Shown: one piece after another, positions 34,747-45,028 of the stretch
Position numbering within the stretch: the stretch's first letter is position 1
How the letters are laid out: each line of letters opens with the position of its first letter
Source: Paenibacillus nanensis
Lineage (GTDB): Bacteria > Bacillota > Bacilli > Paenibacillales > Paenibacillaceae
Direction of reading: 5' to 3'
DNA length: 64,000 nucleotides
NCBI GenBank assembly: GCA_040396195.1
Contig: JBEBPB010000005.1
Span: forward strand, 113,904-177,903
Program-made: the position numbers and the translations under genes
The notes under the pieces: generated by a model
Database searches by the model: none
Seen by the model: only the letters and a program-made list of their open reading frames with translations
Told to the model about the DNA's origin: nothing

Positions 34747-35511
34747 ATGACACGTATGAGCATTGGCTTGCAATTGTATACTTTACGCGATGTAATGGCA
34801 GATGATTTTGAAGGCACGCTCCGTAAAGTTGCAGCAATGGGATATGAGGGCGTGGAATTTGCAGGATATGGCGGTATGGCAGCAGAGGATTTGAAGAATT
34901 TGTTGGACGAGCTTAATTTAAAAGCGATTGGTAGCCATATTCAACTTAGCGCTTTGGAGGAAAATCTGGAAGAAGAGCTTCGTTATTTGCAAACCATTGG
35001 CGGAAATTATGTTATTTGTCCGTGGTTCCCTGTAGAGCAACGTGATTTGGCATCATGGCAAAGTCATATTGTGGCATTTCAAAGCATTGGCAAACGTGTT
35101 GCTGAAGCTGGTCTAGTGTTTGCTTATCACAACCATGATTTTGAGTTTCATGTGGAAATGGATGGGGAATTTGTTTTCGATGCCATTTATAATAAGGTTG
35201 ATGCGGATCATCTGAAAGTGGAAATGGATATTGGCTGGGTACAATTTGCGGGCAGAGATCCGCTTGCTTATATTGCCAAATATGCAGGGCGGTTGCCGTT
35301 GCTTCATTTGAAGGATTACCGCAAAGGTGAGGCGGGAATTGATACTGTTGAGCTTGGTCGCGGGGAGTTAGCTCTTGTTGATATCATTCATGCGGCTGCT
35401 GATGCTGACGTTGAGTGGATCATTGTCGAGCAGGATATGTGTGCTAATCCACCGCTTGAATCTGTAGCAGAAAGCATGGAATGGCTAAAGAATAATTACT
35501 TGAATGCTTAA
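34747..35511 (+). CDS. Sugar phosphate isomerase/epimerase (IolE/AP-endonuclease 2 TIM barrel)
   Basis: IGLQLYTLR, GYEGVEFAG, AYHNHDFEF, EMDIGW, HLKD and VEQD. Confidence 0.9.
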   Translation: MTRMSIGLQLYTLRDVMADDFEGTLRKVAAMGYEGVEFAGYGGMAAEDLKNLLDELNLKAIGSHIQLSALEENLEEELRYLQTIGGNYVICPWFPVEQRDLASWQSHIVAFQSIGKRVAEAGLVFAYHNHDFEFHVEMDGEFVFDAIYNKVDADHLKVEMDIGWVQFAGRDPLAYIAKYAGRLPLLHLKDYRKGEAGIDTVELGRGELALVDIIHAAADADVEWIIVEQDMCANPPLESVAESMEWLKNNYLNA

Positions 35512-35558
35512 TAGCTAACAATCGGAATGTGTAGAATATATAAAAAAGGAGCATGAAA

Positions 35559-36584
35559 ATGAAAAAAATTCGTGTAGCAGTTATCGGCTGCGGTTCTATT
35601 GCTAAACATCGTCATATTATTGAGTATGCTGCTAATGAAAATGTAGAATTGGTTGCTTTTAGTGATCCGGTTATTACTCGAGCTGAAGAGTTTGCTGAAA
35701 AATATGGAGCAAAAGCATATGCAGATCATAAGCAATTGCTTGCAGAAGTAAAGCCTGATGCAGTAAGTGTATGTACACCAAACTATGTACATGCTTCTAT
35801 TAGTATTGACGCAGCGAATGCCGGTGCTCATGTATTGGTTGAAAAGCCAATGGCTGTTTCTGATGAAGAAGCAGCAGCGATGGTAGAAGCAGCTGCAAAA
35901 AACAATGTAAAGCTTATGGTTGGTCATAATCAGCGTTATATGCCTCCCCATGTGAAAGCAAAGCAAGTATTGCAAGCTGGCGCATTAGGAAAAGTGCTTA
36001 CTTTCCGTACATCATTTGGTCATCCGGGACCGGAAGGCTGGAGTGTTGACGGACGTGGAAGCTGGTTTTTCCGCAAAGACGAAGCAAGCATGGGCGCAAT
36101 GGGGGATTTGGGTGTTCATAAATCTGATCTTATTCGCTGGTTGCTTGACGATGAAGTTGCAGAGGTGGCAGGCTTTATTGGAACAATCGACAAGAAAGAT
36201 ACTGATGTAGATGATAATTCCTCTTGCCTGGTAAGAATGAAGAGCGGTGCGATTGGTACACTGGTAGCAAGCTGGACATATTACAAAGGTGAGGACAATA
36301 CAACGATTCTATGGTGCGAGAATGGTGTCATGAAAATTGGTACTCATCCTGATGATCAAGTTATTGTTGAGCTTCGTGACGGTACTGTGGAAAAATATAA
36401 GGTTGGAGCAATTTCGACTAATGATAAGCAAGAATCTAGTGGTGTAGTCGATGCGTTTATTGACTCCATCACGAATGATACACCATCTCCGATTAGTGGA
36501 GAAGAAGGTCGCAAATCGTTGCAAGTTATTTTGGCTATGTTTGAATCTCAAGCGAAGGGCCAGTTTGTAAAAGTGAACGCGTAA
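35559..36584 (+). CDS. Gfo/Idh/MocA family oxidoreductase
   Basis: VIGCGSIA, VCTPNYVH, HVLVEKPMA, GAMGDLGVH. Confidence 0.93.
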   Translation: MKKIRVAVIGCGSIAKHRHIIEYAANENVELVAFSDPVITRAEEFAEKYGAKAYADHKQLLAEVKPDAVSVCTPNYVHASISIDAANAGAHVLVEKPMAVSDEEAAAMVEAAAKNNVKLMVGHNQRYMPPHVKAKQVLQAGALGKVLTFRTSFGHPGPEGWSVDGRGSWFFRKDEASMGAMGDLGVHKSDLIRWLLDDEVAEVAGFIGTIDKKDTDVDDNSSCLVRMKSGAIGTLVASWTYYKGEDNTTILWCENGVMKIGTHPDDQVIVELRDGTVEKYKVGAISTNDKQESSGVVDAFIDSITNDTPSPISGEEGRKSLQVILAMFESQAKGQFVKVNA

Positions 36585-36609
36585 TAACTGTTTTGCATGC
36601 TATTTTTGT

Positions 36610-36662
36610 AAAAAGATCTTGTATACATCAGCATATTTGTGCTGAATGCAAGATCTTTTTTT
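36610..36662 (+). terminator. Terminator
   Basis: AAAAGATCTTG...CAAGATCTTTT. Confidence 0.75.
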
Positions 36663-36920
36663 TGTTTTTTCCCCAATCTCCTCATTATTCCATCTTAAAA
36701 AAATCTAATAAACACCTTATACAGAAAAAAATATGCTTTAATATGTATGGCAAATATGAAGAGCTTCTCATAAGCAGGATGAGGATAAATTCATAATGAC
36801 GATTTGACGCGGGTTTGCGCACATAATTAGCTCATTTGGAAAATTTTGAGCCATGAAACTGCAGGAAATAGCATGCTACCATAGTCACGTCAACACAAGC
36901 TGATTATGGGAGATGAAGTG

Positions 36921-37763
36921 ATGTCAACACAAAAATGGAAGAAGAGAGCGGCAGTAGCAGTTATTTCAACATTTTTATGTGGGGCGGCAATTGCTCCTCA
37001 CAGCTATGCAGCAGAGAAGAAGCAAACAACCGATGCAGGAATGGGGCCTGTAATCGAATACGTTCAACAACTACAGTTTCAGATTTGTTCTCTGGTTGCT
37101 GACAAGTATGGTTTGCAATCGGGTAAATTGGACCTGTTAAATCAATTGCAAAAATGGATAGCTACTTATCCATCAGTATTACAGCCGAAGCCGACACAAG
37201 CGCCGACAGCGACGCCAAAGCCGACACAAGCGCCGACAGCGACGCCAAAGCCGACACAAGCGCCGACAGCGACGCCGAAGCCGACACAAGCGCCGACAGC
37301 GACGCCGAAGCCGACACAAGCGCCGACAGCGACGCCGAAGCCGACACAAGCGCCAACAGCGACGCCGAAGCCGAGTCCAACCAATAATGGAGGACAGGCA
37401 ACAATTGATGAACAGATTTTAAATTTAGTCAATCAAGAGCGACAAAAGCTTGGACTAAAGGATTTAAAGCTTGATAGTTTGCTTAGTAAGGTGGCAACTG
37501 AAAAAGCGAGAGATATGGATGAGAATAATTATTTCAGTCACACCTCCCCAACATATGGTTCACCATTCGACATGATGGCTTCTTATGGAGTTTCGTATAG
37601 ATATGCAGGTGAAAATATCGCCTCTGGCTATACATCAGCGGAAGCAGTAATGAAAGGATGGATGAACAGTCCTGGACATAGAGCTAACATTGTCAACGCC
37701 AACTTTACAAAGCTAGGTGTTGGAAAAGTAAATGGACAATGGGTGCAAATGTTTATAGGATAA
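36921..37763 (+). CDS. Secreted CAP/SCP domain protein (YkwD/YlbC-like) with Pro/Thr linker
   Basis: Signal peptide, PKPTQAPTAT repeats, then LVNQER...YFSHTSPTYGSPFDM...GENIA...WMNSPGHRANI. Confidence 0.92.
   Translation: MSTQKWKKRAAVAVISTFLCGAAIAPHSYAAEKKQTTDAGMGPVIEYVQQLQFQICSLVADKYGLQSGKLDLLNQLQKWIATYPSVLQPKPTQAPTATPKPTQAPTATPKPTQAPTATPKPTQAPTATPKPTQAPTATPKPTQAPTATPKPSPTNNGGQATIDEQILNLVNQERQKLGLKDLKLDSLLSKVATEKARDMDENNYFSHTSPTYGSPFDMMASYGVSYRYAGENIASGYTSAEAVMKGWMNSPGHRANIVNANFTKLGVGKVNGQWVQMFIG
37185..37374 (+). repeat. 30-bp coding tandem repeat, 6 copies plus a partial
   Basis: CC(G/A)AAGCCGACACAAGCGCC(G/A)ACAGCGACG x6, encoding PKPTQAPTAT. Confidence 0.97.
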
Positions 37764-37787
37764 AAAATATTAAAGGAGTTTTTATTT

Positions 37788-38741
37788 TTGAAGAAAACAA
37801 AATCTGCAATTTTGATGGTATGTTTGATGACTATTCTTTTTACAGCAGGTACTGCTAGCGCAGGAATTACGCTGTTGAAGGATGAAGCATTATGGAAGGA
37901 GAATGGGCAGGCAACGGCCTCGGTGGAAAAGCCGTCACTCGATAATCCTTCCCTATCTGTAAAAGCTGCAGAAGATTTATATAACAAGCAGATTGACGTA
38001 ACAAAAGTGAAATTTATGTCGGCGCCAGCCAATGTAATGGAGCAGCGATTGAATGCAACTGTTTTTGCAGCAGATCCTACGTCAATTGAAGAAAAAGCTT
38101 CAGAGGATGAAGCGAAAAGCAGCGCAGCGGCAAACCAGCCCGCTATTGCGAAGGAAGCGGCCTTGCCAGCAAAAGAAAAGGATCCTGCTCCAAAAGTAGA
38201 ACCTAAAAAAACAGAAGTGAAGAAGTCAGAGCCTAAGAAGACAGAATCCAAGAAAGTAGAGTCTAAAAAAGTAGAAGCTAAAAAAGCGGAGCCTAAAAAA
38301 AGTGTTGCACCCACACCTGCAGTGAAAAAAGAGGTTGGAAGCAAAAAGCCAGTCGCTGTTTCAGCAAACAAGACAAAGGATGCTCCACTTGTAACAGCAG
38401 CGAATGGAAAAACATATCGCTATAAAAAGGCACTGGACATGAAAGCAACTGCCTATTCGGCAGCTGCTTCTGAAAATGGAAAATGGGGAGCTGTTGATTA
38501 CTTTGGTAACAAGCTGAAGGTAGGAACAATTGCAGTTGATCCTAAAGTAATACCGCTTGGTACGAAAGTGTATATTACAGGCTACAACTACGCAGGGCTT
38601 CCCAAAGGCGGTATGATTGCTGTAGCAAGCGACATAGGCGGTGCGATAAAAGGTAATCGTGTAGATGTCTTTGTACCGGGGAGCAGCAGTGAAGCCAGTA
38701 CATTCGGTATTCAACAGCTAAAGGTATATATTATAGACTAG
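37788..38741 (+). CDS. Secreted 3D-domain (YocH/YabE-type lytic transglycosylase-like) protein
   Basis: Signal peptide, Lys-rich linker, ATAYS...IAVDPKVIPLGT..Y...A.DIGGAIKGNRVDVF. Confidence 0.92.
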   Translation: MKKTKSAILMVCLMTILFTAGTASAGITLLKDEALWKENGQATASVEKPSLDNPSLSVKAAEDLYNKQIDVTKVKFMSAPANVMEQRLNATVFAADPTSIEEKASEDEAKSSAAANQPAIAKEAALPAKEKDPAPKVEPKKTEVKKSEPKKTESKKVESKKVEAKKAEPKKSVAPTPAVKKEVGSKKPVAVSANKTKDAPLVTAANGKTYRYKKALDMKATAYSAAASENGKWGAVDYFGNKLKVGTIAVDPKVIPLGTKVYITGYNYAGLPKGGMIAVASDIGGAIKGNRVDVFVPGSSSEASTFGIQQLKVYIID

Positions 38742-39543
38742 CGGGTTTGTCCAACAGTTGTGAAATTTTTACGATTTCATAACCGCGTTCTTGAAGCAAC
38801 TTAATAATTTTCGGCAAAGCCTCGATGGTTCCCATCAGGCTTTGTCCTTTTCCACCCCCTGCATGCTGCAAAATAATGGAGCCTGATTGCAGGGTCTTTT
38901 TTATATTATCAATAATTTGTTCGCTTGAAGGATCGTTTTTCCAGTCCTCTGAATCAACATCCCAGTTTACAATAATGAAATCTTTTCCTTTGCTCCATTT
39001 CATTTGTTCCTCATTTATTTCTCCATACGGGGGTCGTATAAAGCGCGGTGTACTTCCAGTTATTGATTTAATAATTCGGTTTGTTTCATTTATTTGGTAT
39101 TTGAATTTATCCAATGTAAGCTTTGTAAATAGAACATGGTCATAGGAATGATTGCCGATATCATGACCTTCATCCAATATTCGTTTAACCAATTCCGGAT
39201 GCTTTAATGCGCGATCGCCTACGATAAAAAAGGTTGCTTTTATTTTGTGCTCTGCTAAAATGTCCAAAATTTGTGGCGTAAATCGTTCATCAGGAGCATC
39301 ATCAAAACTTAGAGAAACTTGATTAGAATCACGTGGTCCATGCAAAAAATAATGTTCCGGAAATTGCTTCTGTAACGCTGCCCAAGAAATAGCTCTTGAT
39401 TGCAGCTCGTTTGGTTTAGATTTCTTCTTTGTAGAAGCTGAAACTGAGTTCGATGGGCTTACGGCGGCTGCTGCTGCAAGGATAAGAAGCAGAACCAACA
39501 GGAGGCGCAGTTTAATTCTCAAATGGAATGTATTGGGCAGCAT
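38731..39543 (-). CDS. Polysaccharide/peptidoglycan deacetylase (NodB/CE4)
   Basis: SFDDAP, ATFFIVG, GNHSYDH, RPPYG, WDVDSEDW and IILQH; N-terminal signal/TM. Confidence 0.93.
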   Translation of the reverse strand: MLPNTFHLRIKLRLLLVLLLILAAAAAVSPSNSVSASTKKKSKPNELQSRAISWAALQKQFPEHYFLHGPRDSNQVSLSFDDAPDERFTPQILDILAEHKIKATFFIVGDRALKHPELVKRILDEGHDIGNHSYDHVLFTKLTLDKFKYQINETNRIIKSITGSTPRFIRPPYGEINEEQMKWSKGKDFIIVNWDVDSEDWKNDPSSEQIIDNIKKTLQSGSIILQHAGGGKGQSLMGTIEALPKIIKLLQERGYEIVKISQLLDKPASL

Positions 39544-39647
39544 ATTGTTTAATCATCCTTTATTTCGTATAGTTTTAAGCATTCACCATTTAACTTACCC
39601 CAAACGATAAGGAAAATTCGCAGTATGCAAATGGAGTCATTAGAAAA

Positions 39648-39685
39648 AAGCTTCTCCCAACGCATATTTGCGCTTGGAGAAGCTT
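39648..39685. terminator. Hairpin terminator (MCP 3' end)
   Basis: AAGCTTCTCC...GGAGAAGCTT. Confidence 0.65.
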
Positions 39686-39697
39686 CACTATGTATAG

Positions 39698-40960
39698 TTA
39701 TTTAATTTTAAATACTTGGATTGTTCGTTGCAGCTGAGTTGAGATAGACAGCATTTTTTCTGTTTCCTGAGCAACCGCTTGTACTGAAGCGATTTGCTCA
39801 TTCATTGATGCCGAAACTTGCTCTGTGCCAGCTGCAGACTGTTGGGTAATAGCTGATATATTCTGAATTGTATTGGAGATGTGCTGAGCATTTTCAAGCA
39901 TTGCGTCACTTTCTTCTGCAAAGGATTGGATTTGCTCTGTAATAAATTGCACACTGCTCACAATCTCTTTAAAAATAGCCTCTGATTGTTGGATATGCTC
40001 CGCTTGCATTGCAACTACTTCCTCATTAGCCTTCATATCATTGATTGCCCGTTTAATGCGCTCGTCAATATCTTTAACCAAACCGAATACTTCCTTAGTG
40101 GATGCTGAAGATTCTTCTGCCAGCTTTCTAACTTCCTGGGCAACTACTGCAAAGCCCCGACCATGCTCACCTGCACGAGCTGCTTCTATTGATGCATTCA
40201 GGGAAAGCAGATTAGTTTGCTCAGCAATATCAGAAATTGATTTGGTAATAGAAGAGATGCCTTGAGCACTTTTGGCAAGCTCTTGAATAGTTTCAGCTAC
40301 CTTGCTTGTTGCCTCCATATTTCTTTGCATGCTCTCTGCTTGTACCTCAAGCGCATCGCGCCCTCTGTTAACCAATGAAACGGTATGATCGCTGCGCTCA
40401 TTCATCTCATGAGTCGTTTGAGCGTAGTTCGCTACCTTTTCTTCGATTTGTGTGATGGAATGGCTCATTTCGGATACATCGTCCGAAATCTCATTGGCAC
40501 CGGTAGCCAGCTCATTTGCTGATGCAGCTACTTGCTCCATTGCGGTTTGAATTTGTGTATTCTTCTCAAAAATTCCTCTGCTGGTCTCGGCAACAAGTCG
40601 AGTGATATTCGTTGTTTCCGACAAAATATCTCTCAGCTTATCGATCATACTGTTAAAGGAATTAACGATACCGCCTGCTTCATATGATCCTGAGTCAATT
40701 TTCTGTGTAAAATCGCCTTTTGAAATACGATAAGCTGCATTTGATATTTCATCAAAAGAGCCAGTTAGCGCACTTTCAAAAAAGGATATAGCAGGAAGTA
40801 AAATGATTGCGGTGACAACGGTTACAATAATTATGGGCAGAATGGGGCCGCCAGCGATTAGCATTGCTATTATCGTCAGCACTGCAAACAGCAGCAAGTT
40901 TATGTACACAGTTACAAGCAGCTTTTTGCGCACGGACAGAGAATAGTACCATTGACTCAT
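39698..40960 (-). CDS. Methyl-accepting chemotaxis protein (2 TM-HAMP-MCP signal)
   Basis: [38 protein letters not shown]. Confidence 0.95.
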   Translation of the reverse strand: MSQWYYSLSVRKKLLVTVYINLLLFAVLTIIAMLIAGGPILPIIIVTVVTAIILLPAISFFESALTGSFDEISNAAYRISKGDFTQKIDSGSYEAGGIVNSFNSMIDKLRDILSETTNITRLVAETSRGIFEKNTQIQTAMEQVAASANELATGANEISDDVSEMSHSITQIEEKVANYAQTTHEMNERSDHTVSLVNRGRDALEVQAESMQRNMEATSKVAETIQELAKSAQGISSITKSISDIAEQTNLLSLNASIEAARAGEHGRGFAVVAQEVRKLAEESSASTKEVFGLVKDIDERIKRAINDMKANEEVVAMQAEHIQQSEAIFKEIVSSVQFITEQIQSFAEESDAMLENAQHISNTIQNISAITQQSAAGTEQVSASMNEQIASVQAVAQETEKMLSISTQLQRTIQVFKIK

Positions 40961-41213
40961 AAACATACTCTCCTTTTTTTGGTATAAAAACAGTATATCA
41001 TCACTAGAAAAAAAGGTCTATAATCGCAACAAATAATAACGTTGTATATAGGTAATTAGTTCTCGATATTAATTTTATTGGGTATAAAGGCGCATTTTTC
41101 TATTCGGAAAATACTAATAATCTTTTCGGTGATACCGATTGTGTGTCATGATACGATGTTTTTGGAAGAAAAAAGAAAGTTACTGTCGAAGGTGACTGTT
41201 ATTAAGAGGAGGA

Positions 41214-41642
41214 ATGAACATGACAAAAGATTCTGCTTCATTAACAAAGCAAATTGATTTTGTTTTTCGGCAATTACAAAAAGAATTAACGGATGCAATA
41301 GCAGGAACGGTCCAAATTCATATCCGAAACAATACAGTTGGCAAATTTGGAATTAAGCATCATCCTATTAATTCAAGCAATGGACAATTGGAGGAGAGTT
41401 CTGGAAAAGGAATGACAGAGCTGCAAGTAAAGGCATTTCACCAAATGGCGATCGATGCATTGAAGTATAGAAAGAACTGGACACATGGAGAAATAACGTA
41501 TGACTTTGCAGTCAGAGGCAAAAACAATTCTTGGTCCGCAAGCGTATTATTTGAATCTAATTATAATATGGCCTATTGGAATTCTAATTTTTCAACAGCA
41601 AATTATAAGCAAAAATCCTATTCTAATCGTTTTTCGCAATAA
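41214..41642 (+). CDS. Hypothetical protein
   Basis: SD GAGGAGG; IHIRNNTVGKFGIKH...NWTHGEITYDF; function not inferable. Confidence 0.8.
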   Translation: MNMTKDSASLTKQIDFVFRQLQKELTDAIAGTVQIHIRNNTVGKFGIKHHPINSSNGQLEESSGKGMTELQVKAFHQMAIDALKYRKNWTHGEITYDFAVRGKNNSWSASVLFESNYNMAYWNSNFSTANYKQKSYSNRFSQ

Positions 41643-41686
41643 ACATCTTGAATGCAAAGCTAGAGCAAGTCTGCAGAACACAGCAA

Positions 41687-41869
41687 TTATTGCTGTTGTT
41701 CTGCTTTTCTGCGCAATCGGGCTTTAACGATAAATCCGGCGCCAGTGCTGAAAAAGGCAAGTGTCGCAAATAAAAGTACAAGCCAGCCGTTGTGACTGAT
41801 GGATATTGCGGTAAGACTCATAAAAACAACAGTGATAATAGCAAAGAAAAGTGAAAGATGTTTAGGCAT
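41687..41869 (-). CDS. Small 2-TM membrane protein (YlaF/DUF5325-like)
   Basis: Two hydrophobic helices ending G.GF..KARLRRK; SD AAGGAG. Confidence 0.75.
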   Translation of the reverse strand: MPKHLSLFFAIITVVFMSLTAISISHNGWLVLLFATLAFFSTGAGFIVKARLRRKAEQQQ

Positions 41870-41933
41870 AACGGGCTCCTTTTTGATCAATCTACCTGTT
41901 GCAAAAAAAAAATAAAAAAAATATTAAAAAATT

Positions 41934-41963
41934 TGAATACGATTTTATTTGTTGCACATAATA
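41934..41963 (+). promoter_or_regulatory. sigma-G type promoter for the SASP gene
   Basis: TGAATA-17 nt-CATAATA matches the forespore sigma-G consensus upstream of a SASP gene. Confidence 0.8.
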
Positions 41964-42019
41964 TCTTTGCAAGCTTGCAACACACTAAAAGTGCAGAACT
42001 CGAAGGGAGAAACACAAAA

Positions 42020-42241
42020 ATGGCAAACAATAACCGCAGCAGTAATCAACTAGTAGTTCCACAAGCTACTCAAGCTCTTAACCAAATGAAAATGGAAGCA
42101 GCTCAAGAATTGAGCATCCAATTCTCAGCAGACGGATACAATGGTAACCTGTCTACTCGTGACGCTGGTTCTATCGGCGGATACATCACAAGAAAACTTG
42201 TTCAAATGGCTGAACAACAATTGTCTGGAAATATGCGTTAA
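42020..42241 (+). CDS. Alpha/beta-type small acid-soluble spore protein
   Basis: SSNQLVVPQA..ALNQMK.E.AQEL...GNLSTRDAGSIGGYITRKLVQMAEQQL. Confidence 0.95.
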   Translation: MANNNRSSNQLVVPQATQALNQMKMEAAQELSIQFSADGYNGNLSTRDAGSIGGYITRKLVQMAEQQLSGNMR

Positions 42242-42261
42242 TTCTTGCTTATACATGAAAG

Positions 42262-42293
42262 AAAAGCTCAGGACAAAACCTGGGCTTTTTTTT
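42262..42293 (+). terminator. SASP terminator
   Basis: AAAAGCTCAGG-ACAAAA-CCTGGGCTTTT plus Ts. Confidence 0.8.
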
Positions 42294-42442
42294 ATGCCAT
42301 ACGATCAATGCGGTCTGCAAATCTGATTTTATCATGATTAGATAGAAATATAAACGACAGCTATCTTCATTAAACTCTAAATTGCATATCGACATAACAA
42401 AAAAACGCGATTTATTTTTTGCTCGCATTTTTTGTTAGTGTT

Positions 42443-43429
42443 TTAGTAAGTATTCAATTTCAATCGTTTGTTTAAGCGTTTGTCGCTAAGCCAGCCAATA
42501 TAGGTTCCTGTAGTTGCAAAATTTAAATCCATTAGAACAACTGCTACAAAAGGGTACTGCTTGCGGTGTCTGTAACGTACATCGAACCAGCGTACTTCAT
42601 AGCCCCATGAATGCTCGATTACTTCTGAGCAAGCAAAGTCGGTCAAATATAAGAAGGCACCTACAGCAGCGGTATCTTTCGATTTACTAACCGCTTTATG
42701 TGTAGAGCAAGCGACATGATCAGCCCAAGTCAGCGTTTTATTATTTAAGCCCCCAATTTTAAAACTCCCATCAGCACATGCTTTCACAATATTCCATTTC
42801 ATAAGAGAAACAGTGGGAATCGCATAATAATGCTCGTTAGCTTGGCGTGTTGGATCAATTTGAGGGAGGAGCCTCAATACTTGGTGTGCGGCTTTAGTTC
42901 GCCAGGCAAAATAGATCATTAACAGTAAATAAAGAACAGGAAAGATTTGCTCTGGTCTTGCAATTTGAAACACCCATAACGATATTGCAACAATGTGACT
43001 AATAAATAGAAACGGATCAAAAATGTGAATAATATTCCATGAAATCCATTTCTCTGAAAAAGGTCGTAAAGCTTGCGTACCATAAGCATTGAACAAGTCT
43101 GTAAATACATGAACGGAAACTGCGAGCAGAATCCATCCGCCCAGATGCACCCATGACAATCCTCCTTTGTATATCAACTGCAGAATAGAAGTGATAAGCA
43201 CCGTCCAAATTGCAATTGCAGGTAAAGAATGTGTAGGTCCGCGATGGTTTTTTATATACAGTTCATTGCTCTTAAAACGCAATAAGCCATCCATATCAGG
43301 TGCTTGAGAGCCAACAACTGTTCCAATGATAACGGCTTGTTGCAAACTGGGGTCAGCGGCACAAACCGGATCGGCCATCGCCAGACCAGCTAGTCCAATG
43401 CCCATTAATAGGTGTGTTCCCGTATCCAA
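42443..43429 (-). CDS. yfhP: YfhP-like membrane metal-dependent hydrolase (YdjM family)
   Basis: MDTGTH, GSQAPDMD, HRGPTHS, HVFTDLFNAYGTQALRPF and RWFDVRYR. Confidence 0.85.
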   Translation of the reverse strand: MDTGTHLLMGIGLAGLAMADPVCAADPSLQQAVIIGTVVGSQAPDMDGLLRFKSNELYIKNHRGPTHSLPAIAIWTVLITSILQLIYKGGLSWVHLGGWILLAVSVHVFTDLFNAYGTQALRPFSEKWISWNIIHIFDPFLFISHIVAISLWVFQIARPEQIFPVLYLLLMIYFAWRTKAAHQVLRLLPQIDPTRQANEHYYAIPTVSLMKWNIVKACADGSFKIGGLNNKTLTWADHVACSTHKAVSKSKDTAAVGAFLYLTDFACSEVIEHSWGYEVRWFDVRYRHRKQYPFVAVVLMDLNFATTGTYIGWLSDKRLNKRLKLNTY

Positions 43430-43593
43430 AATAAATCCTCCTTATACAAGCAAGTGGTCTGCATTTTGTGATGCCTTACAAGTTGAGCTATAATTCAATA
43501 CATGCCACTGACTTTTCGTCTTGGCATTTATGTAGTGTTTTCCAAACTTAGTGAATTTATGAGGGGAAATCCCGTACGGAAAGGAATAATAGC

Positions 43594-43872
43594 ATGTATA
43601 TATGTTTTGTTGAATATAAAATAGAGCCTTGGCACAGGGAGAGCTTTCTGATTTTTACAGCAGATATAAAAAAACAGTTTCCAGAGGTACTTATTTACGA
43701 GGGAGCCGATCAGCCGAATTTATTTGTTGAGGTATGGAATTGCCAAACGAAAAGTGCTGCCGAACAAATAAAAGAAGAACGCTTGAGCGGGCGTTCTCCT
43801 TGGGCTGTCCTGACAGATTGGATCGTTGGCGGCCGAGCCAAGCTGCATGTGTGGACCTTTCAGGCTATATAG
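43594..43872 (+). CDS. Small hypothetical protein (possible dimeric alpha-beta barrel)
   Basis: SD AAGGA; FVEYKI...YEGADQPNLFVEVW...LHVWTF. Confidence 0.75.
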   Translation: MYICFVEYKIEPWHRESFLIFTADIKKQFPEVLIYEGADQPNLFVEVWNCQTKSAAEQIKEERLSGRSPWAVLTDWIVGGRAKLHVWTFQAI

Positions 43873-43887
43873 CAACTTAAAAATGTA

Positions 43888-44349
43888 CTATCTGGATTGG
43901 ATAGGTGTCTCTTCCGTTACAACAGAGCCATGAAATGGATATTCATATGCAACAGGCTCATCAAAAGTAACATAATCCAAATTAAGCATTAGCAATAAAT
44001 GTCTGACACCTGTTTCGGGATCGCTAATAATAATATGGTCACGTCCTGCGGCTTCAATTCTGCCTCGAAAAACTTTAGCATTCCATTCCTTATTGTTTTC
44101 GTAGGTCATATAGAAGGTAGCTATTTTACCGCGATTCAAGCGTAAAATGTTTTCTACATAGGACTCTTCTCTGCCAGCCGTGCCGGGGAAAACGGTTCCT
44201 GTCGGAGAAATCATTGAACCGTTGCTAACAGGCGGGGGCATTGTCATTGGATTGACTCCATAATAGTAAGGCATATTATTACGTGTCTGGTTCCATGCAG
44301 ATTGGCCGCAGCCTCCTTGTTGTCCATAATAGAAATTAGGTTGAAACAT
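43888..44349 (-). CDS. gerQ: Spore coat protein GerQ
   Basis: EESYVENILRLNRGK...EAAGRDHIIISDP...LDYVTFDE; adjacent to cwlJ. Confidence 0.95.
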   Translation of the reverse strand: MFQPNFYYGQQGGCGQSAWNQTRNNMPYYYGVNPMTMPPPVSNGSMISPTGTVFPGTAGREESYVENILRLNRGKIATFYMTYENNKEWNAKVFRGRIEAAGRDHIIISDPETGVRHLLLMLNLDYVTFDEPVAYEYPFHGSVVTEETPIQSR

Positions 44350-44383
44350 AAGTCAACTCATCCTTTCAAACAAGGTTTTTAAT

Positions 44384-44806
44384 TTAGTAAACATTAGGGC
44401 ATTCGTTCCTGAGCGGCACGAAAAAACAATGGTTTTTATATCGACCACTATGATTCTGATCCCACCATGTTGCCGGACAAGCTCCTGTTGGACGGAAAAA
44501 CCATAGAGCATTCGATGCCGGATGCTGGCGTTCGCCACGAATGGAACGTTCTGCCAGCCGAATATCTTTATCTCTTGCGGATTGGTAAAAATAACTTTTT
44601 TGTATAGCCTCGAATCCGCCGGGACTTTGATAGACCATATCAGGAATAGAACGGATATTACGAAAATCAAGACAGTTTCCCCGCACACGGTTTACTCCGA
44701 CATTGCCGACCATTAACATGCCGAGTTCCCCTTCGCCTTCTGCCTCAGCACGCATCAGCCGAGCAAGCATCTTGGTGTTCTCTGAATTTGTTTTAATAAC
44801 AGCCAC
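44384..44806 (-). CDS. cwlJ: Spore cortex-lytic enzyme CwlJ
   Basis: LARLMRAEAEGEG..GML.VGNVGVNR...PGGFEA...LWFFRP...GRYKNHCF. Confidence 0.95.
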   Translation of the reverse strand: MAVIKTNSENTKMLARLMRAEAEGEGELGMLMVGNVGVNRVRGNCLDFRNIRSIPDMVYQSPGGFEAIQKSYFYQSARDKDIRLAERSIRGERQHPASNALWFFRPTGACPATWWDQNHSGRYKNHCFFVPLRNECPNVY

Positions 44807-45028
44807 TGCGCTACTCCCTTCTTCGTATGATGAAAGCCTATAGGCGATTTCCTATACGACAGTTTATTGGCAAGAAACGAAATTGGTGACAAAATGAAGA
44901 AGAAAATTGCGTGTCGAAATAATGAACAAAGGCTTGGAACGTTGTTTTTAAGCCGATTTTTAGGTATGATTAAGGACGATTGTATGAGATAGAGTGACGT
45001 TTTTCATTGAAATTGGGAGGATCGCTTC

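Noticed and set aside
37154-37432. Several repeat-containing ORFs (ADTSADSD..., VGACVGFG...) and a CRISPR-like appearance
   Set aside because: These are alternative frames and the antisense of the in-frame PKPTQAPTAT repeat. There are no unique spacers and no cas genes.
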